This document shows, piece after piece, positions 40,914 through 54,939 of a DNA stretch of 64,000 nucleotides. Made by a program: the position numbers and the translations under genes. The notes beneath the pieces are model-generated. The model had not been told where the DNA came from. It saw only the letters and a list, made by a program, of their open reading frames with translations, and ran no database searches. The stretch comes from Candidatus Latescibacterota bacterium (lineage in GTDB: Bacteria; Krumholzibacteriota; Krumholzibacteriia; WVZY01), in assembly GCA_963791045.1 (NCBI GenBank), contig CAWBQK010000006.1, positions 64,001 through 128,000 on the forward strand, in the 5' to 3' direction. Each line of letters opens with the position of its first letter. Position 1 is the first letter of the stretch.

Positions 40914-43900
40914 TCACACCCTGACTTGCTGACGCTTTTCTCCGTGCACCAGGTTTAATGTGACCAGAACTCCAAGTTGGCGGTGAATCTTTAAATCATT
41001 TGGTGCCAGTTTTGAGGCATTTCGCAGCATTTTTTCTGCCTGATTGTACTTTTTCAGGTCTTTAAGAACCTTTCCCGCCTGATAATAACCTTCCGCTTCT
41101 TCCGGTTCAATATCGATTGCTTTTTGGATCTGTTCCAGGGCCAGATTGTATTGCCGGCGGTCATGGTGCACACGGCCTAATTCCAGAATAGCCTCGTAGT
41201 TAGGAGTCACAAGTTTCTTCGCTTTATAAAGATGATGAACAGCCTGGTCCAATTGACCAGTATTTCGCAACATCCGGCCAGTTGTGAGATATAGATGGGC
41301 TTTTTGTTCCTTGGTGTGACCAATTTCATCGTTTTGTAAAAAGTCCAGGGCGGTTTTTATTGCCTGATCCATCTCTCCAGCCTCAGCTAAAGTAGTTACC
41401 AAATCCATTACTAAGGGATATTGGTCAGGAAAGTGACTTCCGATTATTCTCAATTCGTCAATTGCTGCCTGAGGGCCATCGATATACTTGATCATAGATG
41501 CACGCTGGAGTTTCAGTTCCAGAGATTCCTCATCAAGAGAGATAGCTTTGTCGATCACCCGCATAGCTTCTTCGCTTTGTTTTTGAGCAGTCAATGTTCG
41601 GGCAAAGAGTGCTAATAATTCAGTGTCGTGGGGTTCCTGTCCCATGAGAGTTACCAGATGTTTTTCAGATTCCCGGTAATTGCCATTTTCGAAGGTTAGT
41701 AATGCTGCAGTTTTTCTGGCTTCTTTGTGCTCTGGCGCCAGGGAAAGGGCTTCGTTGATGCTGGCCAATGCTTCCGGCATACGATGTAATTCTCTTTTTG
41801 CAAGGGCTCGCTGGATCCAGCTTTCAACATATTCAGGATTCAATGAAAGGGCAGTATCTATCGATTTCACAGCCGTTACTCCTTGCTTGGCAGTTAATTG
41901 ATGTTTACTAAGCGCAAGGTAATGACCGACGTATTCGGGTTCAAGTTTAATTGCCTTCTCATAATATGCAACACTTTGTTCGTAAGATTGAGCCATTTCT
42001 GCTGCCATCGCGTACCAGCGGGGTTCGGAATCCCAGATCTGAAGGGCTTTTTCCATCGATTCTTCAGCTGTCAGCAAGTCGTCAACAGCACTCGCAGTCA
42101 GTGCTTGCAGAACAAAATAGAGAGGAAGTTGAGTCTGGCGGGCCCGTTTAGCTCCTTCAAGAGCGGAGGCTGAGGCTTTGAAAGCTTGACTGGGTTTGCT
42201 TTTGATCAGGGCCAGAGCGATCTGAGCATCCAGGACAGGATCTTCCCCGAGTACATTGATGTGATCCAGAGCTGTCTGGGATGCAAATACCTTTTGGCGG
42301 CTATTGCGATAGGATGCAATCAAAGCTGCTTTTTCTGCGGATGTTGTTGCCAGAGATTGCAGAGCATCAGCTGATTCCTGGGTAGGAGCAAATACTGCGT
42401 TTCCCCTGATTTCCAGTCTATTGAGAATGGATTTTTCAACATCAAGCTCGCGGAGTACCTTCAGGCAGCTCTGGAAGCTTTGATAAACATCCGAGGAGAT
42501 TGAGATCTGGCTGGGAGCATTATGGATGACTTTGAAGCTCTCGAAAAAGAGCCGGTTCTCGGCCAGTAAGACATAACCATAAGCTAATTCATAAATAGCT
42601 CGTTTTTCTAATGGAGAGAGGTCAACGGCATGCTGCAAATGAACAGCTGCATCATCCCAGTGCTGGATCTCAAGGGCAGTTTTGCCTAAAGCGATTTCCA
42701 TCCCTGTGCTGAACATACGCTCCTCAGACGATGTGTTTTTCCAAGCAGTCACTGCTGCATCATATTTTGAACGAGCCTCTTTCAGGCTTCCCTGCCGGTT
42801 TAGAATGCGGGCTTGAAGGGCACTTACTCTGTGGTGCTCAGCGTGTTGAGAAACCAATAAATTACTGATCTCGGCAGCTTTAACCTCTTGGGATTGATCC
42901 AGGGCTAATTCTGCTGCCAGGCAAAGACTGTTGATCTTTTCCTCTGAGATTTTCTCTCCCTGGGGAATTGATCCAACTGTCAGATTGGTAAAAGGTCTAA
43001 AGCTGTTTCTGTCCGAAGTGTTCCACAGGCAAGATCCGCGGCCAGAGCCAGAGCAGCCTCAATTTCTTCAGCTGAACTGCCGTTTTCTTCATATTCAGAA
43101 AGGGCTTCCTGGGCATGATAAAAAGCTTCTTCGGATGCTCCGATTTGACTTTGCACTTTAGCCATCTTTTTGTGGAGAGCTGGTTGTCCTGGTGAAAGGT
43201 CCAGGGCATTTGACAAACTAGCAATCGCAGCCTGGTGGCGATCTCCCTTGATAAGTAGATCTGCTTTTTGGATGCGCCATTCAGGTTCATCAAGTTCTGC
43301 ACTGATAGCCTGGTCCAATAATTCAAGGGCTTTTTGCTGATCATCAAGCATGGCATAACCTGCCGCCTGAAGGGACCAAATTTTTGGCAGCAGGGGGGAC
43401 GGATCAGGATTGGCTTTGCAGATACTGATTGCCTTGTTTAAACTGTTCATTCCAGCTTCCATTTTTCCTAAATGGATCAGGGCATCACCAGCAATAAGAA
43501 GCTCCTCTGGTTGAATATCATCAAAATCTGACAGCATCATAAAAGCTTTACATGCTTCATCTTGATTCCCGGCTGATGATTGGGCTTTTCCAAGCAATAT
43601 ATAAGCTCTGGGATTATCAGGGTTGATACGGATTAATTTCTTTAATGAGGAAAGACCCTGTTCCGGGGAGCCAAGTTCTAATGTAAATGATGCTACCCAG
43701 GAGAGATTATCAGGATCCTGGGGAGCAATTTCAGCAGCTTTCTTAGCTGTTTCAAGTGCATTGGCTGTTAGGTTGGCAGCTTGATATGCTTCTGCAAGGC
43801 TGCGGGTCAGAGTCAAATCAGTGGGATAGCGGTCATGGCCATCTTTAAAAGCAGCGATAGCCGTTTCGGTTTCTCCTAATTTGAGAGCTGCTCTTCCCAA

Positions 43901-46234
43901 ACCGGCACTGATTCTGGGTGACCAGCTTGGGTTTGTCATCAGGTGGCTTTCTCTGGCTTTTTGGAAAGCGAGGACTGAGTTTTTATAATCACCGCTGGCT
44001 GCCTGGGCATCTCCCAGTAATACCTGAGCAATTTCGTTTTCCGGTTCAATGGAAAGCGCTTTGCTGAGAGCCGCAGTAGCAGCCTGGGGATCCCTGCCGA
44101 CCTGGATCAGTGAATCCGCATAAGAAAGGAAGGCATCTGCGCTGTCAGGGTCCTGATCAACAACCTGGATCAAATAAGGCAGCGCTTCCTGGGGATTCTT
44201 TGCGTTCAGGAGGAGTTTTCCGTAAAGTAAATTCGCTTCAAAATTGGCAGGAAAACGATCATTGATCTCTTTCAGAATAGTCAGGGCCTGATCATGATGA
44301 CCCAGGGTATAGTATGATTTTCCGATCCCTAATTGGACATCATATCTAGATCTTTGATCAATTTCTTCAGATTCAGCAGCGGCAAATGATTTTTGGTAAT
44401 GATCCAGCGCCTTAGAATGATTGTTTTCTTCCGTTTCCGTCTTTCCCAGCTGATAATAGATCATGGCCTTAGTACTTGCAGAAGTCAATCCAGAGTTGAG
44501 AGTTCGCCGGGACTGTTTATCAAGGCCGAATAATTTCTGACATTCTGCCAGGGTTAACCAGGAATTTTCTAATTGAGGAGTGAGCTCTACTGCACGGTTC
44601 AAATATGCAAACCCTTCTTCTTCCTCTCCAAGTTCACAGAGAGCTTTTCCTTTTAAAGACAATGCAGAACTGTTCTCTTGATCCTGCGCGAGGACCTGGT
44701 TGGCAGCAGATACTGTTCGGCGATATTGTTTTGCTGAAAAAGCGCAGTTTGCAAAATCTATCAGATCTTTGAGGGGTAATGACGTAAAGAGAGCGGTATC
44801 TTGCTCAATAGCTGTCTGCTGTTTAGTCAGGATCGAGGCACGGACTTCAAGGGCTTCCTGCCAGTTCTCCGCTTCCTCAAGGTATCCCGCCACCTTTCTT
44901 TGCAGTACAAGGTCTTTTGGGAAAAGAATCGTCAGGATCTGAGCTGCTTTAGATGCATCTAAGTAATTCCCCAGGGATCTCAACGCTTCTATATAATTCA
45001 AATGCGAAACCAGGTGATTTGGATATTTTTCTAGATAGTGTTTGGCAGCCTGGGCGCTCTCGCGGAATAGACCTGCCTTCAGGAGAATTGAGCTGAGGTG
45101 TTCTTGGGGCTCGGTAATGGACAAGTTTAATGCTTGCAAGGCTAATTGTTCAGCCCGGATAGGTTGATTTTGTTCTAAAGCAAAATCAGACAGGGTAATA
45201 AGTAAAGCAGGATGTTCGGGCAACGGATCGGGCAGTTTTTCAATTAAGTCTCCGATGGCTGCATATTGTTTGTTTAGCAGTAAGGAATGGATGATGTCGG
45301 CAACTTCTGAGAGTTTTTCTTCAGATATATCCTCTTTTCCAAGGGAACCTTTTAAGTCTTTCCAAGCCTGATCACTCACCCTGGATTCATCCAGGTGGGT
45401 TTTGACTTTTGTAAGGTTAGCAGTTACCTTACCCTGCAGTTTTTGATTTTGCTCAGCGGCTTTCTCCAACAGTTTTAATGCTTTGCCATCATTGCCTGCC
45501 AGCTGATTTAAGAATGATAGTATCAATACTTCCTGTATGCTGCCGCTTGCAAGATCCAGACTTGATAAGAGAGCCTGGGCAACCTTTCCAACCAGATCAG
45601 GAACTTCTTTTTGGATCACTTTAAACCATTTTTCCAGGTTTCCTATCTCCAGGTTGACCACGACTTCGACCAGAAGATCTACCAAGCATTCAGGTGAAGA
45701 AGGATTTGAGAGCAGAACTTGCAGGGCAAGATCTGGATGGAGAAAACGAAGAAAATCCGCAGGGTTGTTCACCAGGTTGAATAAAATGGTAAGAGGTGTC
45801 TCCCATTCAATCCTTCCCTTATACTGGTTCAGAATCTCAGGCCAGTTTTTGCCAGCTCCTTTTTCTCCCAGTAAGGCCAGTGCTAACAAAAAACTCTTTT
45901 TCAGATCTGGGGATTCGCCCTCATGCTCTTCAAATTCCTGATAAGTTTGGTGTACTATTCCCTTTATTTCAGCCGGTATGTTTTCAAAGGAATCGATCGG
46001 GTAAGGGATCTCTTCATCTATACTTCTCGCGAAGAGAACAGCACCTATCCGGCCCGGAGTCCAAGATTGAGGTTCCACTCCGATATCCTGGATGAGCTTT
46101 TGAGAAAATTCAGGGTTGTCGAACTCAGCCCAGATGGTGGGATTGCGCCTTAAAGCTGAAATCGCCCAGGACCATGAGTCTTCAGGAAAAATGCTTTTCA
46201 GTGTTTTGAGTCGTTGAAGCTCCAGTTGTTCCAT
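40914..46234 (-). CDS. Giant TPR protein (~1,770 aa); one 1-nt deletion near 42985 joins ORFs 42980-46303 and 40914-42857
   Basis: Many TPR units (e.g. KAIDIEPEEAEGYYQAG). The gap reads NLTVGSIPQGEKISEEKINSLCLAAELALD in frame with the downstream ORF. Confidence 0.88.
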
Positions 46235-46244
46235 TGCCTGTCCG

Positions 46245-46580
46245 TTAGTTAATGCCGATATAGAGGGTGAGGACGATACCAAAGACCATAAAGATGGATC
46301 CACTGATGATCAAGAAAACCCCAATGCCTTTAGTGGTCTGGATTAGGTTTGTGGTCGCTGCCATTAAATTTGAGGCATTGTCGACCAGGCCCGATAGATC
46401 ATCCGCAATTCCTTTTTGAACCATTTGGACGATTGATTTACTGATCGCGCTGGTATCCCTGCCGATCGAGCGGATGATCAGGATGGCAACACCGATTGCA
46501 AAGGTGATCAAACCGATCAGGAATAAACCTGATGCCATAGCAGATAAAACGCGAGCAATTTCAAAAACAGTCATAGTCAT
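46245..46580 (-). CDS. Small protein with two TM helices flanking an amphipathic segment
   Basis: 111 aa, AAAGGAG RBS, ends 10 nt before the TPR gene start. Confidence 0.85.
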   Translation of the reverse strand: MTMTVFEIARVLSAMASGLFLIGLITFAIGVAILIIRSIGRDTSAISKSIVQMVQKGIADDLSGLVDNASNLMAATTNLIQTTKGIGVFLIISGSIFMVFGIVLTLYIGIN

Positions 46581-46615
46581 TGTAAAAACTCCTTTTTAGT
46601 GATTTCTTCTAATAG

Positions 46616-46632
46616 TGCAAGTTGCATGCCGA
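46616..46632 (-). promoter_or_regulatory. Putative sigma-54 (-24/-12) promoter
   Basis: Minus strand TCGGCATGCAACTTGCA versus consensus YTGGCACGNNNNTTGCW; exact GG-N10-GC spacing. Confidence 0.7.
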
Positions 46633-46762
46633 TTGCTAGAAAAAGTTGAATGGTCAATTTCCATCCATAAAAATTAAAAGTTCTTGTGATTATTATGCAA
46701 GAACTACGCCAAATTTACTGAGAAATGTATCGCATCAATTTCCTCAAGGATTTTGCCAGCTA

Positions 46763-46791
46763 TTGACGAATTTTAGTCAGCAAGTTACAAT
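46763..46791 (+). promoter_or_regulatory. Sigma-70 promoter for rplY
   Basis: TTGACG-N17-TACAAT. Confidence 0.8.
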
Positions 46792-46889
46792 CTCCCCGGC
46801 TAAAAATATCGTCACCGACATGTGGCGGTCTTTTTTTGTGGACCGCGTTTGGAAGATGGTATGCTATAGCTGGTAATCATTACTCTATA

Positions 46890-46932
46890 GAAGCGAAGGT
46901 AACTGCCCATTGTGGGGGGTGAGAGGCGCTTC
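46890..46932 (+). ncRNA. Candidate bL25 ribosomal leader (5S rRNA loop E mimic)
   Basis: GAAGCG-AAGGUA-ACUGCCCA-UUG-UGGGGGGU-GAGAGG-CGCUUC hairpin immediately before the rplY start. Confidence 0.7.
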
Positions 46933-46936
46933 GAGG

Positions 46937-47644
46937 ATGGAAGAAATGGAAAAGTATATATTAGATGCAGAGAAACGAGAAGTAATCGGCAAAAAAGTTA
47001 AAGCCCTTCGCCGTGAAGGTAAACTCCCCGCAGTCATTTACGGCCAGGAGATCGAAACCATGGCAATCACTTTAGAGACCAGGCAGGTTCAACAGGTCTT
47101 AAAAGTTGTTGGTGCCAACACATTGATCAGCGTTAAACTTGGCAAGGAAGAATATCTGGCTCTGGTTCGAGACATTCAGCGCGAAGTGATCATGCGTGAT
47201 CTGCTTCATATGGATTTTCAGGCTGTATCACTCGAAGAAACTATCACCACCACAGTGCCAGTGGTTATGGTTGGTGTGGCACCGGTGATAGAAGAATTTG
47301 AAGCTTTGCTGATCTTAAGTATGGATGAACTGCAGATCGAAGCAAAAGCGAAAGACCTGCCGGATACAATATCTGTGGATGTCTCTGGAATGATGGAAGT
47401 AGGAGACAACATCCAGGTAAAAGATCTTGTAATCTCAGGTGATGTAACAGTCCTCGATGATCCGGATGAAGTAGTGGTTGTTGCAACCGTTCCAACCTTG
47501 ATGGAAGAGATCGTTGACGAGGTAGAAGAAGGTGCAGAACTCTTTGAGGAACTCACCGACGCCGAGTTGATGGAAGGTGAAGAAGGCGAAGAAGTTGGAG
47601 CAGAATGCAGCAGCAGCAGAAGAAGAAGAGTAAACTGTAAGTAG
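46937..47644 (+). CDS. rplY: 50S ribosomal protein bL25/Ctc (acidic tail frameshifted near 47605)
   Basis: REVIGKKVKALRREGKLPAVIYG, LLHMDFQAV, LPDTISVDVS. Confidence 0.95.
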   Translation: MEEMEKYILDAEKREVIGKKVKALRREGKLPAVIYGQEIETMAITLETRQVQQVLKVVGANTLISVKLGKEEYLALVRDIQREVIMRDLLHMDFQAVSLEETITTTVPVVMVGVAPVIEEFEALLILSMDELQIEAKAKDLPDTISVDVSGMMEVGDNIQVKDLVISGDVTVLDDPDEVVVVATVPTLMEEIVDEVEEGAELFEELTDAELMEGEEGEEVGAECSSSRRRRVNCK

Positions 47645-47652
47645 TAAAGAAC

Positions 47653-47691
47653 AACCATCCCGATAGGATATATCCTGTCGGGATGGTTTTT
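47653..47691 (+). terminator. Intrinsic terminator after rplY
   Basis: AACCATCCCGATAGGA-TATA-TCCTGTCGGGATGGTTTTT. Confidence 0.88.
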
Positions 47692-47717
47692 AAATTAAAT
47701 GGAGTATGATAGAGTCC

Positions 47718-48339
47718 ATGAAGAAATCTGTCTTGTTTGGTTTTGTTGTTCTGGTAGTCCTCATTTCGGGCTGCAGTTCACCAACAGTTGAAATCGATAC
47801 CTTCCCCAACTGGAACTATTGAGCAAACTTTTACTCTGGATCCCACCCAAATTGCGGCAGAGCGCTATCCTGCAGCTGGTGTGGTTTATCAGTGGAGCAG
47901 CAGCGCCGAAGCGAGTACAGAGTTTGCCAGCCCTGAATGGGGAGCTGAACAAGTAGTCGGAGAACCGGATGCACCCGGCTGTGGTGATTATCAATTTGCA
48001 TGGGCTTCAGCAGCCAGTGATTCAATCGCTACACTGGAAGTTACATTTTCAGCATCAGTTTATCCCCTGGAAATTGTCATCCATGAAAGTTATAACCCGG
48101 ACCAAGTCGTAAAAGTTGAAGTTTTTGATTCGGAAAGTGGTGGGTACTATAGTGTTTTGCAGAAAAATCCGGTCCAGGTGGATCGTCCCTGTCCATATCA
48201 GCTGATTGTTCCAATTGATGGGATTGATTTCAAAACGAATCTGCTGCGGATAACTATAGATCAATCTCAACTTGGTCTGGGTTGGAATGAGATCGATGCT
48301 GTGCAGCTAATTGGATCAATAAATCAGCCAGAGGAATAG
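47718..48339 (+). CDS. Lipoprotein with discoidin/galactose-binding-like beta-sandwich; frameshift near 47785
   Basis: MKKSVLFGFVVLVVLISGC lipobox; QWSSSAEASTEF...WNEIDAVQLIG. Confidence 0.7.
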
Positions 48340-48346
48340 GTCTATA

Positions 48347-48957
48347 TCAGAGAGTATTTTGAATCAGATCCAGGAAATCTACTACGATCTGAGCTGTAAC
48401 TCCCCATAAGATTTCCCCCTCAAAATTATTAAAGAATACAACTGGAAGTTCAATACCAGGTCCAAAGGGTGATTCCCAGGTTTTTATTTGATGATTATCT
48501 GGATCTGCCAGCCAGTCGATTGGGATCAGGATAGTCTTTTCGACTTCTTCTTTTGAGAGAGCAATTTCATAAGGCCAGGGCAAGAGTCCTACATAGGGGC
48601 TGACCTCATAATCGGTCACGGTTAGGATCGGGCAGGATTGTCCCAGGATCTCAACATCACCCGGGGATACACCAATTTCTTCCTGTGTTTCTCGTAAAGC
48701 GGTATCTTCAAGGGTATTATCATCAGCTTCCACTCTTCCCCCGGAAAAGCGATTTGGCCGCTGTGGCGGTCATAAATATGTTGGGTGCGCTTGATGAAGA
48801 GGAATTTCCAGATATTTCCATCCTGCACAAGTGGCATTAAAACTGCTGCAGGCGAGGTCTGTTTAGTCTGGATATCTGGTAGAGGAGGACAGGTCCGGGG
48901 ATTTTCTGCTTTGAAATTCTTGAGTTGTTGTTTGATTTTCTCGGGATCTATAATCAT
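48347..48957 (-). CDS. Nudix CoA pyrophosphatase (NudL-like), frameshift near 48735
   Basis: AAVLMPL, HSGQIAFPG, TALRETQEEIG Nudix box, ILWGVTA. Confidence 0.9.
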
Positions 48958-49213
48958 GATTGATCCAAACGGCTAAACCAGTTACCAACCACCAAAAATA
49001 GAATACTTCCAATTACTCCAAAGCCTCCCGATACAGGACCTATCATTAAGAATTCGATCCTCCAGGTTGAACCTAGTAGATGGCCAACGATAAAACCAGC
49101 CCAGGATAAGACCAAATATAATACAAACTGACCACCGCCACCTCCTTTCAAAAAATGAAATGCAGATCCCAGGAACATTGCCATCAGGAAACTGTATATA
49201 AACGCTGGTGTGG

Positions 49214-49217
<4 letters not shown>
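48954..49217 (-). CDS. Small Gly-rich 3-TM membrane protein
   Basis: 87 aa hydrophobic ORF, translationally coupled on both sides. Confidence 0.75.
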
Positions 49218-51454
<2,237 letters not shown>

Positions 51455-51611
51455 AATCTTTTCCCTCAGCGATTATAGCATGCCCGCCTGACTCTGAAAA
51501 ATTCTGGTTTGAAGAATGTTAACAGTGCATAACAGTCTCAAGTATCTTCCCCAATCCGAAGGCTCTTTGTTATAATAACTTGGCTTTGACTAACAATTTG
51601 CGGGAGGAATT

Positions 51612-53040
51612 ATGGTTCAGGAGATCAAGTTTGGAACTGATGGTTGGCGTGGACATGTCGGTGAAGATTATACTTTCGCTAATGTTCGGCGGTGTACGCA
51701 GGGTTTTGCATCTTACCTGGCAGATGAAGGATAGAGAGGATAGTTGGGTTGTCGTTGGACATGACCGGCGTTACCGGGGGGAATATTTTGCTGCTGCGGT
51801 TGCTGAGGTGCTGGCTGGCAATGGCTTAAAGTCTATTTGACCGATGGTCCCACACCTACACCAGTGATATCCTATGCAGTAGTCGATAAAAAAGCTGCTG
51901 CTGCAATAAATATCACAGCCTCCCACAATCCATTTACGGATAATGGTTTTAAAGTCCGGGATGAGAATGGCGGCGCAATCGATCCGGAAGGATTAACCAG
52001 ATCGAAAAGAATATCCCTGATACAGAAGAAGAGGTCAAAAGGATCCCGCTTCGGATGCACTTGAAAAAGGGCTGGTAAAGTATTTTGATGCTGCGCCAGC
52101 CTATATAGAACACATAAAGACACTGATAGACCTTCAGCCAATAAAGGATGCAGGATTGCGGGTGCTTGTAGATCCGATGTGGGGGAATGGAGTTGGGTGG
52201 TTCCCAAAATTGATTGGTGGAGGAAAGACAGAGGTTTTTGAGATCCACCAGGAACGAAATCCAAATTTTCCCGAAATGACCCGGCCGGAACCCATACCCC
52301 CTAATGTTGATGTTGGCCTTGCTGCCATAAGTGAGTATAAGGCGGATGTGTTGTTGATCAATGATGGGGATGCAGATAGGGTTGGGATTGGCGATGAAAA
52401 CGGCGAATTTGTGGATCAGCTGCGTGTTTATGCTCTGCTGGCCTATTATTTATTAGAGGTTCGAGGAGAGCGAGGTCCGATAGTAAAAACCCTTTCCACA
52501 ACTACTATGCTGGAGAAATTGGGAGAGATCTATGATGTCCCTGTCTATAATACAGGGGTGGGTTTCAAGTATGTTGCCCCAAAAATGCTTGAAGTGGATG
52601 CCATGATCGGGGGAGAAGAATCCGGTGGATATGCATTCAAGGGCAATGTTCCTGAACGGGATGGCATTCTGGCTGGCCTCTATTTCCTGGATTTCATGGT
52701 CAAGATGGACAAAAAACCCTCTGAGCTACTGGAGTTTTTCTTTGAAAAGGTTGGTGCTCATTATTATGATCGCATCGATACTCCCTTTAAAGGAGATCGG
52801 GCTGAAAAGATTCGAAGGATCGAAACAGCCAATCCGGAAACTATCGGTGGGTTAAAGGTCAAAGATCTGGTAACAATTGATGGATATAAATTTGTCCTTG
52901 AGGATGGAGGTTGGTTGTTGATCCGTTTTTCTGGAACAGAACCGATCATCAGGGTTTATTGTGAAACAACATATGCTGACCGAGTTGAAGCAATCTTGAA
53001 AGATGGACTCACGATTGCTGGTATTGATGATGAGGATTAG
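51612..53040 (+). CDS. Phosphoglucomutase/phosphomannomutase family, several frameshifts
   Basis: [37 protein letters not shown]. Confidence 0.92.
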
Positions 53041-53857
53041 TGAAGTTAACAGATACTCATTGTCATTTGAACTTTCACAACTATCAGAGATGATTTGCCT
53101 GAAATCCTGGATCGAGCCCGAGCGACTGGCCTTTCCAGGATATTGGTTCCAGCCATCGATTTGGAGTCCAGCTAGGAAATTCTCGATCTGGTGGAAGCTG
53201 ATCCGATATTATTTGCTGCCGTCGGTATTCACCCCAACAGTGGTACAAGTTGGGATTCAAATACCCTTGATTCGCTCAGAGAATTGGCCGGCCATCCCAA
53301 AGTTGTAGCAATTGGGGAAATTGGCTTGGATTATTACCGGGACAGAACGCCAAGAGAACTTCAGAAAGAAATTCTCATTGAACAACTGAAGTTGGCACTG
53401 GAAGTGGATCTCCCCGTGATCCTGCATGTCAGGAACAGATCTGAAGAAGACCGGTCATGTATTGAGGATCTGCTATTGATATTGGAAGGTTGGGTAGCTT
53501 CTGCGATTCCACCATTCTCGAACCGCAGCCATCTCCAGGTGTGGTCCATAGTTTTTCCGGGAATACGCAGGAGAGCCAACGTGCTCTTAAGGCTGGATTT
53601 TATATTGGCATTACTGGCCCGGTGACATTTAATAAAGCAGACCAGTTGCGAGATGTTGTTCGGGAGATTGACATCTCCAGGATTCTGGTAGAGACAGATG
53701 GCCCGTTCCTGTCTCCCAACCATACCGGGGAAAACGCAATGAACCTGCCCACGTTCGGTATATTGTTGATAAAATAAGTGAAGTAAAAGGGCTGCCGTTT
53801 GAAGTGGCAGCAAGACAGACTGCTGAAAATGCCGCCTGTTTATTTCAGTGGGAGTAG
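53040..53857 (+). CDS. tatD: TatD family DNase, several frameshifts
   Basis: LTDTHCHL, VGIHP, AIGEIGLDYY, VILHVR, VVHSFSG, LVETDGPFL. Confidence 0.9.
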
Positions 53858-53861
53858 AAAG

Positions 53862-54825
53862 TTGATTGATGTCGGTTTCTTAACATACCTTGAGGATCAA
53901 TTGAACAAGGTAGATCAAAAAATGGTATCCAAGTCCAAGGGATATCACCCAGACCTGACAGCAGCTTTGGAGCATCTAATGAACTCAGGGGGGAAGCGGA
54001 TCCGTCCGATCATTACTTTGTTAATGGGTACTTTGCTTGGCGCAGAGGAAGATAAGCTGATATCCCTGAGTGCATCAATTGAAATGCTGCATACAGCCAC
54101 ACTGGTCCATGATGATTTGATCGATGGTGCCTTGCTGCGCCGAGGAAATCCGACCTTGAATTCACATTGGACACCTGCCGCAACTGTTTTGACAGGAGAT
54201 CATATTTTTGCCCAGGCTGCATTGCTGGCAGCTGAATTGGATAATACTGAGGCGATGAGTTTGTTCGCCGAAACGTTGAGCATCATTGTTAATGGAGAGA
54301 TCTCACAATTATTTGGACGCAACCATTTACCAAGCCGGGATGATTATTATCATCGGATCTATGAAAAGACCGGATCATTATTTGCACTATCTGCAAGGGC
54401 AGCTGCTTTGATCAGCCCGGCAGATCGAAAATATATCCAGCCAGCCGAGACATTTGGCAAGGAGATAGGAAAAGCTTTCCAGATCGTGGATGATGTATTG
54501 GACTTTACTGGAGATCAAGATCTGGTAGGAAAGCCAATTGGCAATGATCTGCGACAGGGTACTCCCACATTACCGGCGATCTATTATGGTGAAGCAGCAT
54601 CCTGAAGATGGAGTCTTGCTGGCTTGCCTGGATGGAAGCGCCACAGAAGCTGAGGCTGATAGATTGATCCTGCGAATCAATCAAAGTGGTGTGATCGAAA
54701 AGGCGCTGGATGAGGCCAGGAAATGTGCTGAAAAAGCGGTTCAAAACCTGAAGGTTTTCCCCGAAGGCAAGGAAAAGGATTCCCTCGAAAAATTAGGGAA
54801 ATACATCATTGATCGGGATCTATGA
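53862..54825 (+). CDS. Polyprenyl diphosphate synthase, frameshift near 54595
   Basis: GGKRIRP, LVHDDLID...RRG, FQIVDDVLD, GKPIGNDL. Confidence 0.92.
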
Positions 54826-54844
54826 ATCCTGACCAAATATGAAT

Positions 54845-54879
54845 AAAAAACCCGCCTATTGAATAGGCGGGTTTTTTTT
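54845..54879. terminator. Bidirectional intrinsic terminator
   Basis: AAAAAACCCGCCTATT-G-AATAGGCGGGTTTTTTT. Confidence 0.88.
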
Positions 54880-54939
54880 ATTAAAAATAGTACACGCCTG
54901 AGTCCTTCTTGCTGGAATCAGGCGTCTTGTTTTTTGTTA

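Noticed and set aside
47590-47644. Unusual basic C-terminus of bL25 (CSSSRRRRVNCK)
   Set aside because: A shifted frame gives the expected AAAAEEEE* acidic tail, so it is an indel artefact
47218-47658. Ser/Thr-rich secreted-looking ORF on the minus strand
   Set aside because: Antisense shadow of Glu/Val-rich rplY
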